Numbered from the stretch's first letter, positions 12,132 through 26,761 are shown. The stretch is DNA of 64,000 nucleotides from Podarcis bocagei (GCA_964188305.1 OZ076885.1); one strand, 5' to 3'. Numbers and translations are program-made. Notes: a model not told the origin generated them from the letters alone.

Positions 12132-14840
12132 CTATCACCCCCTCTAGTTGCATCTCTCCCAACAAAATGTGTGTTTGTACAAGCTTGTTGTTTTTCAGGC
12201 CTTGGTAGGGATGAAGGAGGAACTACCGCTCCTCGCTTCATGACAAAGGGGGCAGTAAGCAAGGGGGCAGTCTTTGTGGGCACCAGAAGTCCATAAGTTT
12301 GCTGCTTTGCCCATAACTTCTATACTGGTGCCCATGATCTGAGTTGAAGCTAGTGCTTAAATCTTTAACTTGTTTTAAATTAAACAAACATTAGATGTTT
12401 AAATGACAACTTAAAGGTTTGTCATTAATGTTTGCTGTACCTTGCTTTCCTAGTCAGTCCATCTGCCAAGGGTGTGTTCCATAGGCCAGTGACAGGACTC
12501 TGGGTAAACAGACTATTTGCATTAGCTGTTTTACGTATTGGGGTTCCGTGGCAGACACACACAGCTTCCTTCATAGACCAATTGGCATGGAAAGGAAATC
12601 TATGAGAAGAAAATGTGAAAACCATGGCTTTAAGGACCATATCTGAATCTGCCAAACACCACATTGTAACTCATTTAAATGTTTGGGGTTTTTTATTATC
12701 AGCATCCCATGCCATCCTAAATTGATCAGGAAATCCCTCTATAACTTGTGTTGGGGAGACTACTACACTTGCCACAGAGATAAGTGTTTTATCAGTTTTT
12801 CACAGTATCTCGTAGCCAGAGGATGACCCTTATCTTTTGACATTTCAGATTATGAGAAAGGCGGTGTTCTCAAAGTGGAAGACTTTAGAAGAAAAGCCAA
12901 AGAAGGTAAAATGTACTCTTGAGAGTTGAATTAGGGTACTTCCAGTTAATGAAGCAGTAGTCATGTCACTTTAAAATAGTGCCATGTGAGGGTGTATTTT
13001 AGTCACTCACTGACATTTGAAATATCAGACCATTGTTGTTTAGGGACAAGGTAAAGCTAATGGTTTGATCAGAATAAAGCAGGTTTTCGAGTAACTGCTT
13101 AAGAAATTAGGAATTCACTCTGCACTTTTGAATTCAGAGAACAACTATGGAATAGCCATGAAACAACCATGGCTATTAACCAGAAGGTTGGTGGTTTGAG
13201 CCCACCAAAGGATGGCTGTGGGCAGGATTCCTGCATTGCATGACCCTCGGGATCCTTTCTCGCTCTATAATTCTATGAGTCTATGATTTTATAAGGGCAA
13301 GTCAGCCAGTCTACAAACATTTCAACTACTTGCATAGACTATGTATTCCAATGAAGTGTATTGACATGTATATATATTTAGGAACCATTTAAAGTGCACA
13401 GTCTTAATATGGCCAGCAAGTTCCTCTCTCTTCCAGGTAGAAAATATTCCACTTTGGAGTAGCTAAAAACACATACTAAACAATTAAGGGATTGGGAACA
13501 AGTAGAAGAGTGATGGCTCCCAACTCGGTTTATTATTGCACTTGCACCATTTTCCATGGTTCTTGTTCTCGAATGCTCCTCAAGCAGCATTTGAAACTAA
13601 TTCATGCACAAGTGTAGCACAGGTGGGGATGAACAAATGTGAAATGGCCTATGGGATCATACATCTCTTGAGTTGTGGTTTGCATTCAGCTAGAATTACA
13701 TTTAATAGTTTTTGTGATAATATTGCTTATTTTGGAGTCACTTGCTCCAATACTGCTGAATATTCTTCTCAATTTTTTCTTTGAAGTGTGTGACAATCTG
13801 GACAGCTACAGCTCTGCCAGTCCTTTCCTTTGTATGGATCTCAGTTACATTACAGCTTTATTAAAAGAAGGATTTGGATTTGGAGACAGTACAGTTTTAC
13901 AGGCAAGTAAAAATGATTGAAATAAGCCTTTGTTGAAGATTTTATTTTATTGACTAGTTGTTGGTACTGGTACTTTGTTCCATATGCTTTGGTGAAATGG
14001 GGTGTGTGAATCTACTTATTTTAGCATGGTAAAGAATAAAGGTAAAAGGTAAAGGGACCCCTGACCATTAGGTCCAGTCGTGACCGACTCTGGGGTTGCG
14101 GCACTCATCTCGCTTTATTGGCTGAGGGAGCCGGCGTACAGCTTCCGGGTCATGTGGCCAGCATGACTTAGCTGCTTCTGGCAAACCAGAGCAGCGCACG
14201 AAAACACCGTTTACCTTCCCGCCGGAGTGGTACCTATTTATTTACTTGCACTTTGATGTGCTTCCGAACTGCTAGGTTGGCAGGAGCTGGGACTGAGCAA
14301 CGGGAGCTCACCCCGTCATGGGGATTCGAACTGCCGACCTTCTGATCGGCAAGTCCTAGGCTCTGTAGTTTAACCCACAGCGCCTGCTAAGTGTCTTTGC
14401 AGCTCCTGTTTTTTTCTTCTAGTCAAATGCAGCTCAAACTTAACAGTATGGGATTTTAACGAATACTTTTCTTATTTAAACTCATAACAGTAGGAAGTCA
14501 CTGTTCATTAGTAAGTAGTTGCAGTAGTTAACTCCCAGTTTAAATTGACTTTAGTGCTGCTTAGTGTCCAGTAGTCAGATATCCTTGTTTGAGATCTAAC
14601 TTGCAGTTATTTTTACTGCAACTGTACTTTCTATCATATCCATCTGGAGTTATACTGGAAAATATACTCAGCCTATACACTAAAAATGTACTCTGCCTAA
14701 AATGTCTGTATTGGAACAAGGGTAATTGATCTTTTACTTTTCTTCTTTTACAGCTGGCAAAGAAAGTGAACAACATAGAGACAAGCTGGGCTCTAGGTGC
14801 TACCTTTCACCTCCTGCAATCTCTTGGACTCTCCCATTGA
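2432..14840 (+). CDS. ENTPD5: Ectonucleoside triphosphate diphosphohydrolase 5 (ER UDPase, GDA1/CD39 family), 13 coding exons, 428 aa
   Basis: Exons 2432-2648, 3868-3947, 4331-4474, 4796-4871, 6200-6235, 6436-6524, 7473-7552, 7902-7963, 9228-9329, 11265-11405, 12849-12905, 13787-13902, 14754-14840 join in frame (1287 nt, TGA). Signal peptide, apyrase conserved regions [42 protein letters not shown]; C-terminus LQSLGLSH. One GC-AG intron. Confidence 0.97.
3255..3511. mobile_element. Non-autonomous hAT (Charlie/Buster-type) MITE
   Basis: Imperfect 16-bp TIRs CCTGGGTAGGCAAACT / AGTTTGCTGACCCCTG; perfect 8-bp TSD CCTTAGGA (3247-3254, 3512-3519). Confidence 0.85.
6846..7222 (+). mobile_element. 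Sauria SINE (full length)
   Basis: tRNA-like head GGG..CGGGTGGCGCTGTGGTC..., B-box-like GTTCGAATCC, 3' tail GGGGTCCTTTACCTTT. Confidence 0.85.
8920..9061. mobile_element. Short hAT MITE (~140-bp family; related copies ~8520-8651, 45691-45824, ~54410-54530)
   Basis: CAGGGGTGGGGAA...CTACTCCTG ends; TSD GTTTAGTG / GTCTAGTG; internal CCCTCCAG...CTGGA inverted motifs shared among copies. Confidence 0.65.
9377..9452. repeat. (TATC)n then (ATC)n microsatellite
   Basis: Direct reading. Confidence 0.95.
12095..12129. repeat. (TG)n microsatellite
   Basis: Direct reading. Confidence 0.95.
13170..13288 (+). mobile_element. tRNA-headed SINE remnant with CR1-like tail
   Basis: CAGAAGGTTGGTGGTTTGAGCCCACC (B-box-like) followed by ATTCTATGAGTCTATGATT (CR1 octamer tail). 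Confidence 0.5.
14037..14383 (-). mobile_element. Sauria SINE
   Basis: TAAAGGTAAAAGGTAAAGGGACCCC tail on +; body homologous to the 6846 copy; GGATTCGAAC and CCACAGCGCC head at the right. Confidence 0.85.
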
Positions 14841-17641
14841 GAAAACATCATCTATAGAATATTATATTTTCTTGAAAGAAGAAAAGGCAATTCTGATGAG
14901 CATACAGCCAAACACAGACCAAAGTAGAACTGGTTACCTTTAAGACTGAGTGGTTCCAAGCTGTAATAAGTTGGGTCCTTCTAGGGTAGTAAGATATGCT
15001 ACGTTGTACAATTGCTTAACTGATGCCAAAGGGCCTGAATTCTGGGTTTATAGCTTTGGAGCTGATCTTGTGCAGAGGTGAAGCACATCTTTAGCCAAGG
15101 CATTTGTACACATTTGGTACCAATGCATCCCAATATTGATCTTCCTCCACAATAATATTTTGCAGGCCTTCTTGTGCATGAAACTTAAGATTCAAATCTC
15201 AAATAGATGCTTACGTAATGAGTTGTTTTTAAACAAAGCCGGAGTGTGCCATTTACCAACCCTTTGACATTTAACAAGTTGAGATTTTTAAGATTAGTCG
15301 ACTCCTGAAGAGGGCTGCTGAAACTGGTGGAGCTTTAGTTGTGACAGTCAGTGGAAAAACTTGTTTGTCAACCCTCACATATACGTAGCTGGCTAAACAT
15401 GGCAGTAAAGACTTTAGGAACATCCCAAAAACTTATCTCCTTTTTACATCTCTAAAGCTGAGAGCAAGCAAAGGCTTGTATATAAGCATTTTCTGGCTAC
15501 TTTGGAGGACCATGAGGAGTGCTGGGGATGAACTGACATAAATAATTTGCTTCTCAGTCTAGCCTTAAAGAAACTTTTAATACAAGGCATCCTGGTGCCT
15601 CCTTCCAGTTGCAAATGAAGGCCTCCCAAATAAACTTCCTTGGAAAATAGTATGGTTAACTGGACCCCAGCATGGGACTACCACTGAAGCTGATGCACTA
15701 CATGCTGTCACACCTTAAACACTGTGTTTGAGCAGGACATTTCAGACTGCATAAATATGAGACTTAACATGGTAGCCACTGCACAAAGTGTTTCATCTCT
15801 GCATTGTCCAGATATACCAGTACAGTGTAAACGCTTGCTAAAGAAACCTTGACCAAATTAGGTCAAGACATGCCAACCCAATATCTCATTTGACAACACT
15901 TTTGGCCTACTGCCCTCTTACTGGATGTGAAAAGGTATTCTGGCATTATCTGCAGAATACAAAGTTGGGACACTTACAGTGCATCTTACGCATGTTTGCT
16001 CTGAAGTAATTCCTATTAGCTCATTGGGACTTACAAGTAAGTGCATAGGATTAGCCTTTTGACTGTGTATCCTATTGCCCCAAATAAGCCTTTATTTCTA
16101 CCTATTTCGGTATACATTAGAAGATTATAATGGAAGCCTTAGTTTGGCAGAAACTATTCTGCACTATCCTCTCTTTAAGTGTCTGAACTCATTAATTCTT
16201 CTCAACTTATCCCTATAACCCCAAATCAAAGCCCATCTTCTCTGCACCTTGCTTTCTTGTCCCATGAGGCAAGTGGTAAAGAAGATGGCAAACTGGAAGC
16301 AAAATGTTTGGTACTGGACCAGAGCAACATAGTTTGTTAAAACTCATAATAAACTTTTCCTCTGAAACCTCATTTGTAAACTCAGGCACAAGATTCTTTT
16401 TTCTTGGCATTGCTCTTCCTCTACCAAAGTTAACCTATGTTTGAAAAATTCAGGGTCTTTATTTCTTCAGGTACTACGTGTTTTGATTGATGAGTAACTT
16501 CTGCTGCTAATTAAGAGACCAACCAAAACTGGGCACCAGTTGAGTTTGTCAGGTAGGGCACAAGACAGACAAGTAGTTTCTTCCTCTTATGATCCCAGTG
16601 GTGGTGGTGGTACAGAATTCTATCTTGCTTCCACAAATGCCCATACCTTTCCTAGTGCAATGAGATTATTCACAGTATAATGATCTGTACAGTGGCCTTG
16701 TTCAAAAGCACCTATGTAATTGGCGGAGGAGGAAAGAAGCACATATTTAACAGTGTACTAAATTAAGAGTTTTTAAGAAGTCAGAAGTGAAAGCAGATTA
16801 AGTTTTACATAATCTTGTAGGTTGAAAGGACACTTATTTTGGTTTAGCTTAAACCTATTTTAAAAAGTTAAGCTAAACTGTTAAGCAGACTGAGCCCCTC
16901 TTAAATAAATTTCCACAGATGTAGCATTGCAAGTACAGGTTGAGTGCTGATAAGCCTTAGAATATCTTTTCAGACAAGTTCTGAAAGTAGTTAATTGTCA
17001 GACGATAGCGTAAATATCCTTGCTTATTAGTTGTGTTCACATTACTTGGTGCTGTAATGCCATTAAACTGATAATGTCTGGCCTGGTTGTTTGGCACATG
17101 ACTATGACAGGGCTGTTTGAATGTCTATTTTAGTAATTAAACAATATTTTTAACAAAATGTTCTCAGACTCCATCCTGTAACTTGAGTCTCAATCTTGCA
17201 GTCCTTGGAGGTAGAAGAGAATCATTGCAGTCTTGAAGAGGGAGCAACATTCTGTTCCTCTATTTCGCAGCCACCAAGGCTGAAAGAGATGCTGACTAAG
17301 CTTGCAGCTCAGAATCTTTTGTCCGAAGCAGTAAAAAAAAAAACCCTGCATATGATCTTCAAACTGGATACAAGTAAATCCATTCCAACAATACTGTTTT
17401 CAAGGCCCATATTCAGAGCTCCAGATCCAGTACTCTGGCAGATTAGAGATAGACCTTGACATTCTAGAAGAAAACAATCTGCTGGTACTCTTGGAGGAAA
17501 GAAGAACTTCAGCCACAATCGGCAAACGTAAGGAAATACTGTGCTCCCCGTTTTGTTTTAATACCATTTCAAACACAGTCTTTGTAATTGGTGAGTATAT
17601 AGCAACCACTCAGGAACTATTATCCTAGAGTCACAAGGATG

Positions 17642-20600
17642 TCACTTGCTAGCAAAAGCCATGATCTGCTCCTAAAGAAAGAAGAACGAACATTATTTCT
17701 ATTTCTGATGAAGCTCTGTCACCCTTTGCTGCTGGACAGGGCACAGAGGGGATCTAAAGCAAGATTACTAAGACAGCTCTACTCCAATGTCATCAGCTAT
17801 GACATGCACAAGCTAGCTTTTGTTTGCTTTACACTTCTTAAGTACATAATAAACTAACAGTGCAATCCTATAAAAATCTACTCAGCTCTGTAGCTCTCCC
17901 AGCTGAAAATGAGAGGCTACACCAGAAGCCTTTAGGGTAATCTCTCATAGGCACCAAATGGCAACACTTCTTACTTAACCAGTTCACACCTCCCTTCAGG
18001 ATATGAAAGACTGCCATAGATGCTGTATTGTGGGTCTGCGTGGATAGTGCCAGCTTGTGGAGTTTGTGTTGCTCCAGACACGCTAGTACTGTTCACCAAG
18101 CACACTTAATGGGGGAACTAGCATGGTTGGACCAAAGACAGCAGTTATGATACCTTTTCTAAGATGTTAGATTATCCTAGTAGGAAATAAGATGACCCCA
18201 TTTCCTGCATTTGCGTGTTACCTTGCCACCTGGCATAGGAAAGAAAAAATTGGGCCAAACCAAATTACCGAAGTGCAAACTACAGGCTATTGGTTTGGTT
18301 TTAGTTCAAATATCACTGTACCGTAAATGTTTCCCATAGGTCAGTGCCATTTTAGACACATCCCATTGCACTTGGAAATTACAGCGTGTTCATACATTCG
18401 TCTCTACAAACACCTGGTGAGGCTCAAGGTGAGAGCTGGGAAATTGGATAGTTCCTATAAAGAAGGAACCATTCCTCCCTCTTGAACCATAACAGCAAAT
18501 TGTTTAATTCCAGAAATTCATCTGAATTGGTACCCACCTTGAGTCCACCAAATGGAGAAAGGCGAGATATAAATAATAATCAACTATATAGGCTCTAGAT
18601 GTAGTGCCCTAGTCTAAATGCTGGTGACTGAGTAACCTTTCTATAGGAAGGAGACACATACTTAGGGAAGCTACACCCTGGTTGCAACACTCTTATTTGG
18701 GATTAAGCAAAATTCTTAATCTTAATTTCTTAATAAGCAACTTAAAAAAAAACTTACTTTAATTGGAGGAACAGCATTAGTTGCTTGCAATCCCCATGTC
18801 CTTAGCAGTACAAAAGGAGCTATATTTGTAGAGTACAGCCTCTTTAATAAGTCTGTTGTAGCCAAGAGAGATAGGTTGTGCTTTTGCCGCTCTCTTTCAT
18901 ACTGTAGTAGATGCTTTAAAGAGCCTAGAACAGAAAGATTATTCCAGAGTAAATTAACTTGTGATTCAGCTGCACCACAGGTACCTATGAGCTAGATTCC
19001 ATCTACAAAGTTATTCAATCAGGGCTGACTCATAGTATGTTAAGAAATTCATCCTGGGCAAGGATTTTTTTTTGGTCATATTCTGTCATATGTTGGATGG
19101 GCAGCAGCACAACAGTGGTACTATTGCATCCCAGATGGTGAATTATGTTGCCTCTATAGTCAGGCATTCTGGAATTCCGTGTAAATCACAGCAGGAAAAC
19201 AGTAATATATTCATGACCCAAATAATACATAAGAGTGTGTTAACACCCTGGATTCCTACTAGCACATCTTGAATTAGCATTTTCTAAAACAGCTTTTTGT
19301 AAATGAGAATAGGTGGCATGTTGCAGCTTTGTCCTTTCCTTATTAACTCCAATCTGGTGGCATCAGTTTCCTATTTTCAGAGAAATGCTTCTCCTAGTCT
19401 ATAGGAGAACAAAATGTGAGGCACAAAATGTTCCTGCCACAAATACCCCAAAATGGGTAGTGTTATTCCTAAAGCTAGTAGCCAGAACTTTAAACACATC
19501 GTACATCAAGAAGTTGAATGGCAGAGACCCTAGAAGTGACATTTCATATTACAGGTAACTCGCAACTTAGGCACATTTAACCTGTGTGCCTTCGGCTTTA
19601 CATGCATGGCAAAAAAATTAAAAGGGGGAGCGGGCATCCAGGAAAATAAACTGGCAATCCCACCCACCACTGCATCCAGTGTGTTCTGACTATCACTTGG
19701 AACATAACCCCCCCTTAAGCTGACAGTCGCCTGTGCTATCAGTTCCCTCAGAGTTTTTAATTCTTACCTAGGTCTTTCCCATTAAATGCTGCAGCGCTGA
19801 GAAGTTGCCTCAAGCAGGCTATGTCACCAAAGCCCATATTTACACCCTGACCTGCAAGAGGATGTACTCTGTGAGCTGCATCCCTAAAAGGAAAGGATAA
19901 TGTCAGCTTATGCCAGTTACAAAGTCTGGTACTCCACAAGAACCCTGCCAAGTACTATTGCCTGAGTTTCACTATATGGGGCTCAAAAGCTCTTTTTTGT
20001 CCCTCACTAGAACCTTAAACGAACACCCCACTTGATACCTGCTGACTTCTCCCACAATTTGTATTCATCCCTGTTAACATTCTAGTGTCTAGGGACATGG
20101 GTTAAACTAGGTAGACATGTGTTTTCTCCAGACACAATCCACCAATCCCTCCAAAATTAATGTTATACCCTCAAGAATCTCAACCTCCGGAACTAAAAAC
20201 AGCATACTCCCATCAGTTAAGAACTCCTCTTCCCAGACCAAATCTACCCTTATCGCAGCATTAAAGTTCCTCAATGTGCAATTACCCAATAAGGGCCACA
20301 CGGTGTTGGACATATTCTGTTGCATGCCCCAGTCCAAGAGGGAACACAGCTCGGCTCTTTGGATCCACTTTTGCAACGCTTGGGGGCAGCTGACGGGCTG
20401 CAGTCCCCGATGGCATCAAGAGAGAGACAGCAGATCGGAACATGGATCCAGCAGTATCAATGAAGTCAGAGTGATTTGCGTTGCTCCACTGAATAACGAT
20501 AGATTTATTTATACAACACCCTAATATTACCAATAGATTACAAGAGTATGAGAGTCAGAATTGAAACTCTACTAAGTTTTAAGAAATCCTTATCTTAGAA

Positions 20601-21283
20601 TAAAATAGTTTCTCTCCTAATCATCTGCCCGCAAAATATCTTGCATACAGGACTCACAAGAAACCTATGGTGGGGTCCACAACCACCAGGGCCTCGGTTT
20701 TTGCAAATCGACTCCATGTGTTTCATGCATGAAATAAAAGCAAGACAACACAGAATTTGCATTTCAGATGGGTGGAGCATTCCACTATCTATCTAACCTT
20801 CAAAGAGGGAGATGGTGGCATGAGGAGGTATTCTAGCAAAGGATACCCTCATGTAGGCCATAGCTTCTCATATTACCACTCTGCTATGGTAGCTTCTATA
20901 TTGCCAGTGTAATACAGTACAAGATTACCAATGACCATGCACAATATTTCAAAGCTAAAGTATAAAATATGTAAACAATCACCACATATGGTGCAACATA
21001 AAGTGGAAAGATTGACATCTGTATTACTGAAGACTATGACAAAGCTTCAAAAACCAGTTCAGCACTTCACTTTCAATTTCAGTAGCCAAAAACATGAACT
21101 TCTGTATGGGATATCTAAGCATGAATTAATTTAGTTACTATTTTCAGTGTCTCCTCACAATGTATAAATGACTACATTTGGCAGTGTGCCAAAAGATGTG
21201 AGCTGAACTGTTACACAAAATAAAAATTGTTTTCACAAGGTCTGGTTGCTAAGGGGGAAAAACCAACTACTTGCTCACAGCGA

Positions 21284-21336
<53 letters not shown>

Positions 21337-24300
21337 CTGTTCCATCTCCAACTGATGCTAGAAATATATTCCCTCTGCACAGGAATTACCACAAACACAC
21401 AACTTATTAGAAATAAAGGGTGACATTCAAATACTCAGAACACACCCACTGAAATTAATGAACATAACTAAATTAAGTCCATTTCCACTGGTCTACTCTA
21501 AGCAAAACGTAATTGAATACCACCCAAACTTGTTTTTTTGAATACCACCCTAACTTATTGATTCTCGTGCCTCTTGCTAGGAGAACATAAATAAAAAGAG
21601 GAAGGTACTCACAAAAGCAGAATTGATAGAATCCACAAAACTTTCCTCATCCATTCTCTGAAGTTGGGATGCATGCTCATGTGACGTGGACCAAACCAAA
21701 GAGCTGACAGTGTCAGAGAGCTGACCCAGCACCAGGAATTAAAAACACAAAATATCCAACCATTACGTCTCTAAAAAATAACTTCCCCCACCCTAAACAA
21801 GTGCAAGGAGTTCATAACTTTAAGAGGAGGATTAATGAACATAAAACAACATACAGTAACTGATTTTTTTTAATATCAAACTAGCACTTAAACAAAGAAA
21901 GGCAAAAGGAAGACAAATATAAAAAATGGGCAAATCAAGTGTTACTAAGTTATTTACCGGGAGGAGAGCAATTGGTCCTGATGGGAGGAATCTCTGCCAT
22001 GCTACGTTGTTATCTGTTGCCTGCAGCACATGAAAACCAGAAGACAAATTCATATTATCAAGTTTCCATCACCTGTTTTGACTGTTCAGAAGATACAGCC
22101 CAAATGACCATTTTTCTAGGATCTGACCTCAGATAAGTGAAGGGTAGCAACTACAGCTGACTGTCCATATTGATACTGAATATTTTGAATACCAGCTGCC
22201 TTCCGGACTATGGAGTTCTGCCCATCTGCACCAATCTGTGGACAAGAGAGATTAAAAGAACCCATTAACAGTTTTAACAAAAATGAATTCCTTCAAGTCT
22301 CATTATGAATAATCAGCCACTAACTAGTTATAGAAACCCAAATATTTCCTCTGCACTTCAATATATAGCTTCTTTATGTATAAAAATGGTTTTTTCCTAT
22401 ACCCAGTATGTCATCATATTTAATTGCTTCCTAGTAAGCATGTTTATAACCACAATGTTAATCCAAGTATAACCACACTGAACATGTTTTACTACTAACC
22501 ATTATAATCCTTCATGCTGATTGAGTAGCACCACATGAGATTACAACCAAATCCAACGGAAGAACCTAGGAAGAGATAGTGCCTGACCAAACAGAAGATG
22601 AAGGCTTACTTACCAACAGTTTGGTCTGTAGCCTGCGTCCATTTGCTAAATCAATTTGGATCCAAGGGCTTGAGTCAGAGGTTTCATAAGGAAGGGGCAA
22701 GGAGTAGCCAGCTGCTCGGCTCCTGTAAAGAACTTCAACACGGTCTGATGGGGGCACAATATATTGATGTCACCAAATGAGGGAAGCAAAGAAACCTAAA
22801 CTACTCAGGCAGAACAGCTCACTAATTTGCCGAATTCCTATCTTTAAGTACTTTTTTGGCTGTTGGTTAGGTATCTCCGAGTTTCTAAGCTACTGGCAGA
22901 GACACTGTACCATATTGAAAAGGACCCAATTTCAAGAAAGCATAATCATTATTTATTTAATTTCTATACTTCTAAAGTTGATTGCTATAACCCCAAGTTA
23001 TATGATGGACATAAATGTATCCAATTATCACATGCCTCCACTCAACCCAAATAACAGAGAGTTTCACGTAAACCAATATTGGAGAAAGTAGCTCCTACCT
23101 GAAACTGCATCCAGCTGTTTGGTTAGAGCAGACATGATAACATCATTCTCCACTATATAACCCATGTCTTCCAAGTTATCTTTATCAAAGATTATCATGG
23201 CCTCAGAACAAGCATCCCACACCTGTAGAGAAGAGGAACAGTATTAACAACAGCAAAGAGGATACAAGACCCAAGAACAGACATTTTCTCCTTTATCGTG
23301 ATGTACAAAATGCAAGGTAACCTCTGATAAATGGAGAATCAAGACAATGACATTAGTGTGAAAAAGAAAGCAAATACAAAAATACACTTCTTCTCCAAGT
23401 GGTCCACTACTTATTATTTATATGCCATTCTTAAGAACTCAAAGCACTTCACTTATATTTTTATTTAACAGTATTTTTATACTGCTTGTGAAATCTCTTA
23501 GAAGCTTATGAGAAACATTAAAATTATCAACAAATACAGTTAAAAACCAGAACATTCAAAAATAATAAAAATTAACAGGAAAAGAGATTAAAAGATGTCA
23601 ACATCTACATGTCTGGATAGGCTCACGTAAACAAAAATGTTTTAAGCAGGCACCAAAAACAGTAAAGGCACCTGCCTGATATCAATAAGCAGAGAGTTCC
23701 AAAAGTAGATGCCCCAAAACATGAGTTCAGTTGTATGTACACCTCCCACCTAATGGTTTCTGAGGACACTGAGCAAGTGGCAAGGCTATGGTACACTTCC
23801 TGGAGGCTACGTTCAGGTAATTAACACATAACTAGTTAACCTTAATCAACTTAACATGCACATGGAAGCAGCAACCGAGGGTGCATGACTGAGTTATCCT
23901 CTTTTCACACTTTTGAGGCCTGTGCAAAGGGGGAACCCACCAGGAAATACTAATGTTCCTGTTGAGAGTTTAGTTTACACATCTCCCTGCAAAGAATATA
24001 TATGAACCCTTTGAACAAGACCCCAGAAACAAAATAGAATGTCCTTGCTTGCATGGACTTAATAATTACATTACCACCCACAGACACAGTATATATGTTG
24101 CAGTACCAGGCACCTGCATCCGCCGAAATGGCTTGATTCTCATACTGCAAATATGATCCCAAGCACCAAAACCTAGAAAAGAAAGAGAACGTTAAAGGAA
24201 TTGTTCTGACACTCTGCAAACTTTTAATGGGGAACCCTCAGTACCAATTCAAATTCCCTCACTATTTCCATCTGGTTTCTTTCTACTCTCCCTTATTTGC

Positions 24301-26761
24301 TTGTGGTTTGACTGTGGCCCAACTGTCTAGTTGGGATGTGGAGGGTTGTAAGAAACAAAAGCAGTGAAGTCCCCAAGGATGGTGAAAGCAAGGACACTGT
24401 TATGGAAGCTTCAGGGCAAACCTTGGAGTAGCAATGAGTAACCTGCATTCCTCCAAACGCTTAGTTGTCTGTATAAACTATTTTAGGGAGATAAATAAGA
24501 AAAAGCACCTGTCGTTTCACAGATGAGCAGATTTGCAGTTATGAAGAGGAAAGTTCTAAGATGTTTGTCAGAAGCTGACTAAAGGAATGGTGCACCATTT
24601 AATTATACTCGACAATTTCTAAGAAAATACCCCCAATGCACAGAGCCAAGCAATTATGAACAGAAACAGTGATGTAATCTGGACATGTCCCAATAAGCAA
24701 CTAACTAGGAAATCATAACACAAAGAAAATCCTGCTGAATCAGACCAAATGCTCATTTTGTCCAGAATTTTGTTCACAAAGTGGCCACAAGGACATGTGC
24801 ATAATAGTACCCTCTTGTTTATGTTTTTTCAGCAACTGGTATTCAGACTCGTATAGCCTGATATTGATGGGAATACATGACTAAGATAAAGGTAAAGGAT
24901 CCCTGGACAGTTAGGTCCAGTCAAACAGATCTTGATAGCCTTAACTTCCATGAATTTGTCTAATTCCCTTTTAGAGTTGCCCAGCTTTTAAGCTGCCCTT
25001 TTAAAGCAGCTATCACTACATATTGTAGTAAGAAACTCCAGAATTTCACATCAACAGTCAATTTTATTAGATGCTAGGTACAACACTAGAGGATTACTGA
25101 GGCCAGAAATATGACAGGCTGGTAACCATTTTTGACCTCCAAACAAAGAGCTCATGTGTGAACCTGAAAATTAATTTCAACAAGTGACTGTTACAAGTGC
25201 ATTCTACTCTAGGTGACTCAAGCCAGTTCTACAATGTATGGGGTTTAATCTCCCCATCTATCCCAAGCCAGTATCCTATGCGGCACACAAGGTTTTATAG
25301 ACTCACATCTGTAATTTCATATTCCAACATCAAAACACCATGCACGCATAGTTGGCAACCAAATAACGGGCGAATGCTATACTTACTACTGAGAAGTGTG
25401 ACTGAACCAGGGGTGATAGCACTGACTCTATTACTGTAACTCTTGGGCAACTGGTTAGACACTTTCTTTGGACGGGCTTCAAGTAGCAGAATTTTCTTAT
25501 CAGACAGATGAACATCATGCCCTTATTAAAAGAAAAAGCCAGATGTTTAATAACATTTTAACCAAGATTAATCAATAATTTAACATTCTGCAACAGGAGT
25601 TTACAAGAGATCTATTTTACATCTTCCCCTGAACGTGCAGAATTGTTTAGCACTCTTTAACTCCGAAAAGTGAAAGCTAACAGTTCTAGCTTTTCTCTTT
25701 TAGAGCCTAAATAAACTGTTGATTTAAAAAATAGCGACTAAAAGCTTTTGAGATGACTTGAATCTTGTGGCACTTTAAAAACAAAAATTAAATTATAGTA
25801 TAGATTTTTGTAGAATACAGTCCACTTCATCCAATACATAATGTGTTTTCCTGAGTTTCTGATATCTAAACACATGGTTGCAGCGGAGGGGGGAGGGGGT
25901 TGTAAGCAGTGAAGTAAAATTAAATGCAGAAATATGTCAGTGTACATATGAGTAAATATTCACAAAAACAACTCAGGGCAGCACTTGAAACGGACTCTGA
26001 TGAAATGGACACTAGTTCTTTCAAGCTTATGCCACAAAGTGTTAGTTTTCAGGGTGCCACAAAACTCCTTGTTGTTTTTACTGAATAAGCTAACACTGTT
26101 AACAACAAACTCCACCTGATCAGAAGAATACAAGTTAATGCATTCTTCAATATTTGGACGAAGCCAGAGTATTCCATGCACCAATAACCTTGGAATATTG
26201 TTACAGTTAAAGCCCTTTAGAGAGCTGTTCCTCCAGTCTATTCAGGTGCTGCCACTGGCATGCACTGAATGTTGGCGAAATACATAATTGGTATCAAACT
26301 CCTCAACACGACCGACACGAGATTTCAGTCCATATCGCGAAGATTCACCGCTAAAATGGTGTATTTGAAGAAAACAGTAACAATGTATATACATCAGCAC
26401 AGCTGTAAACACTGTAGCCCACAACGCATTTATTGCCTAAATTACGTCGGGAGGGCCAATGGTTCCCTATATACCACCAACGAGCCCGAGGACAGGAGCT
26501 TGCAGGGATTAAAATTACGAATATGACCTGTGCAAGGAGGGTCTCTAGCCTGGTGATCTGCCTCCTACCCAGTGCAGCAGCCATGGCGGTCCCGACCATG
26601 CCGCCACCCGATACCACCACGTCGTACACCGCCGTCGAGCCACTGGGTCTCACCAAGCCCCGCCGCACGAGGGAACGGGCAAGGCCGCTCCGGAGACAGA
26701 GGCCCTTCCCGAAAAGGGGCCCAACGCCCCGGCACGGTGACAGACCCACCACGGCCGCCAT
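17642..26761 (-). CDS. COQ6: Ubiquinone biosynthesis monooxygenase COQ6 (mitochondrial FAD-dependent hydroxylase), 12 exons, 478 aa
   Basis: Exons (minus) 26761-26569, 25521-25387, 24172-24114, 23222-23099, 22744-22614, 22235-22128, 22020-21958, 21720-21613, 20488-20286, 19883-19768, 18924-18758, 17671-17642 join in frame (1437 nt), all GT-AG. Arg-rich presequence, [12 protein letters not shown] Rossmann motif, [30 protein letters not shown], ends EQIMAFASK*. Confidence 0.97.
21282..21335. repeat. (GAAA)n microsatellite
   Basis: Direct reading. Confidence 0.95.
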
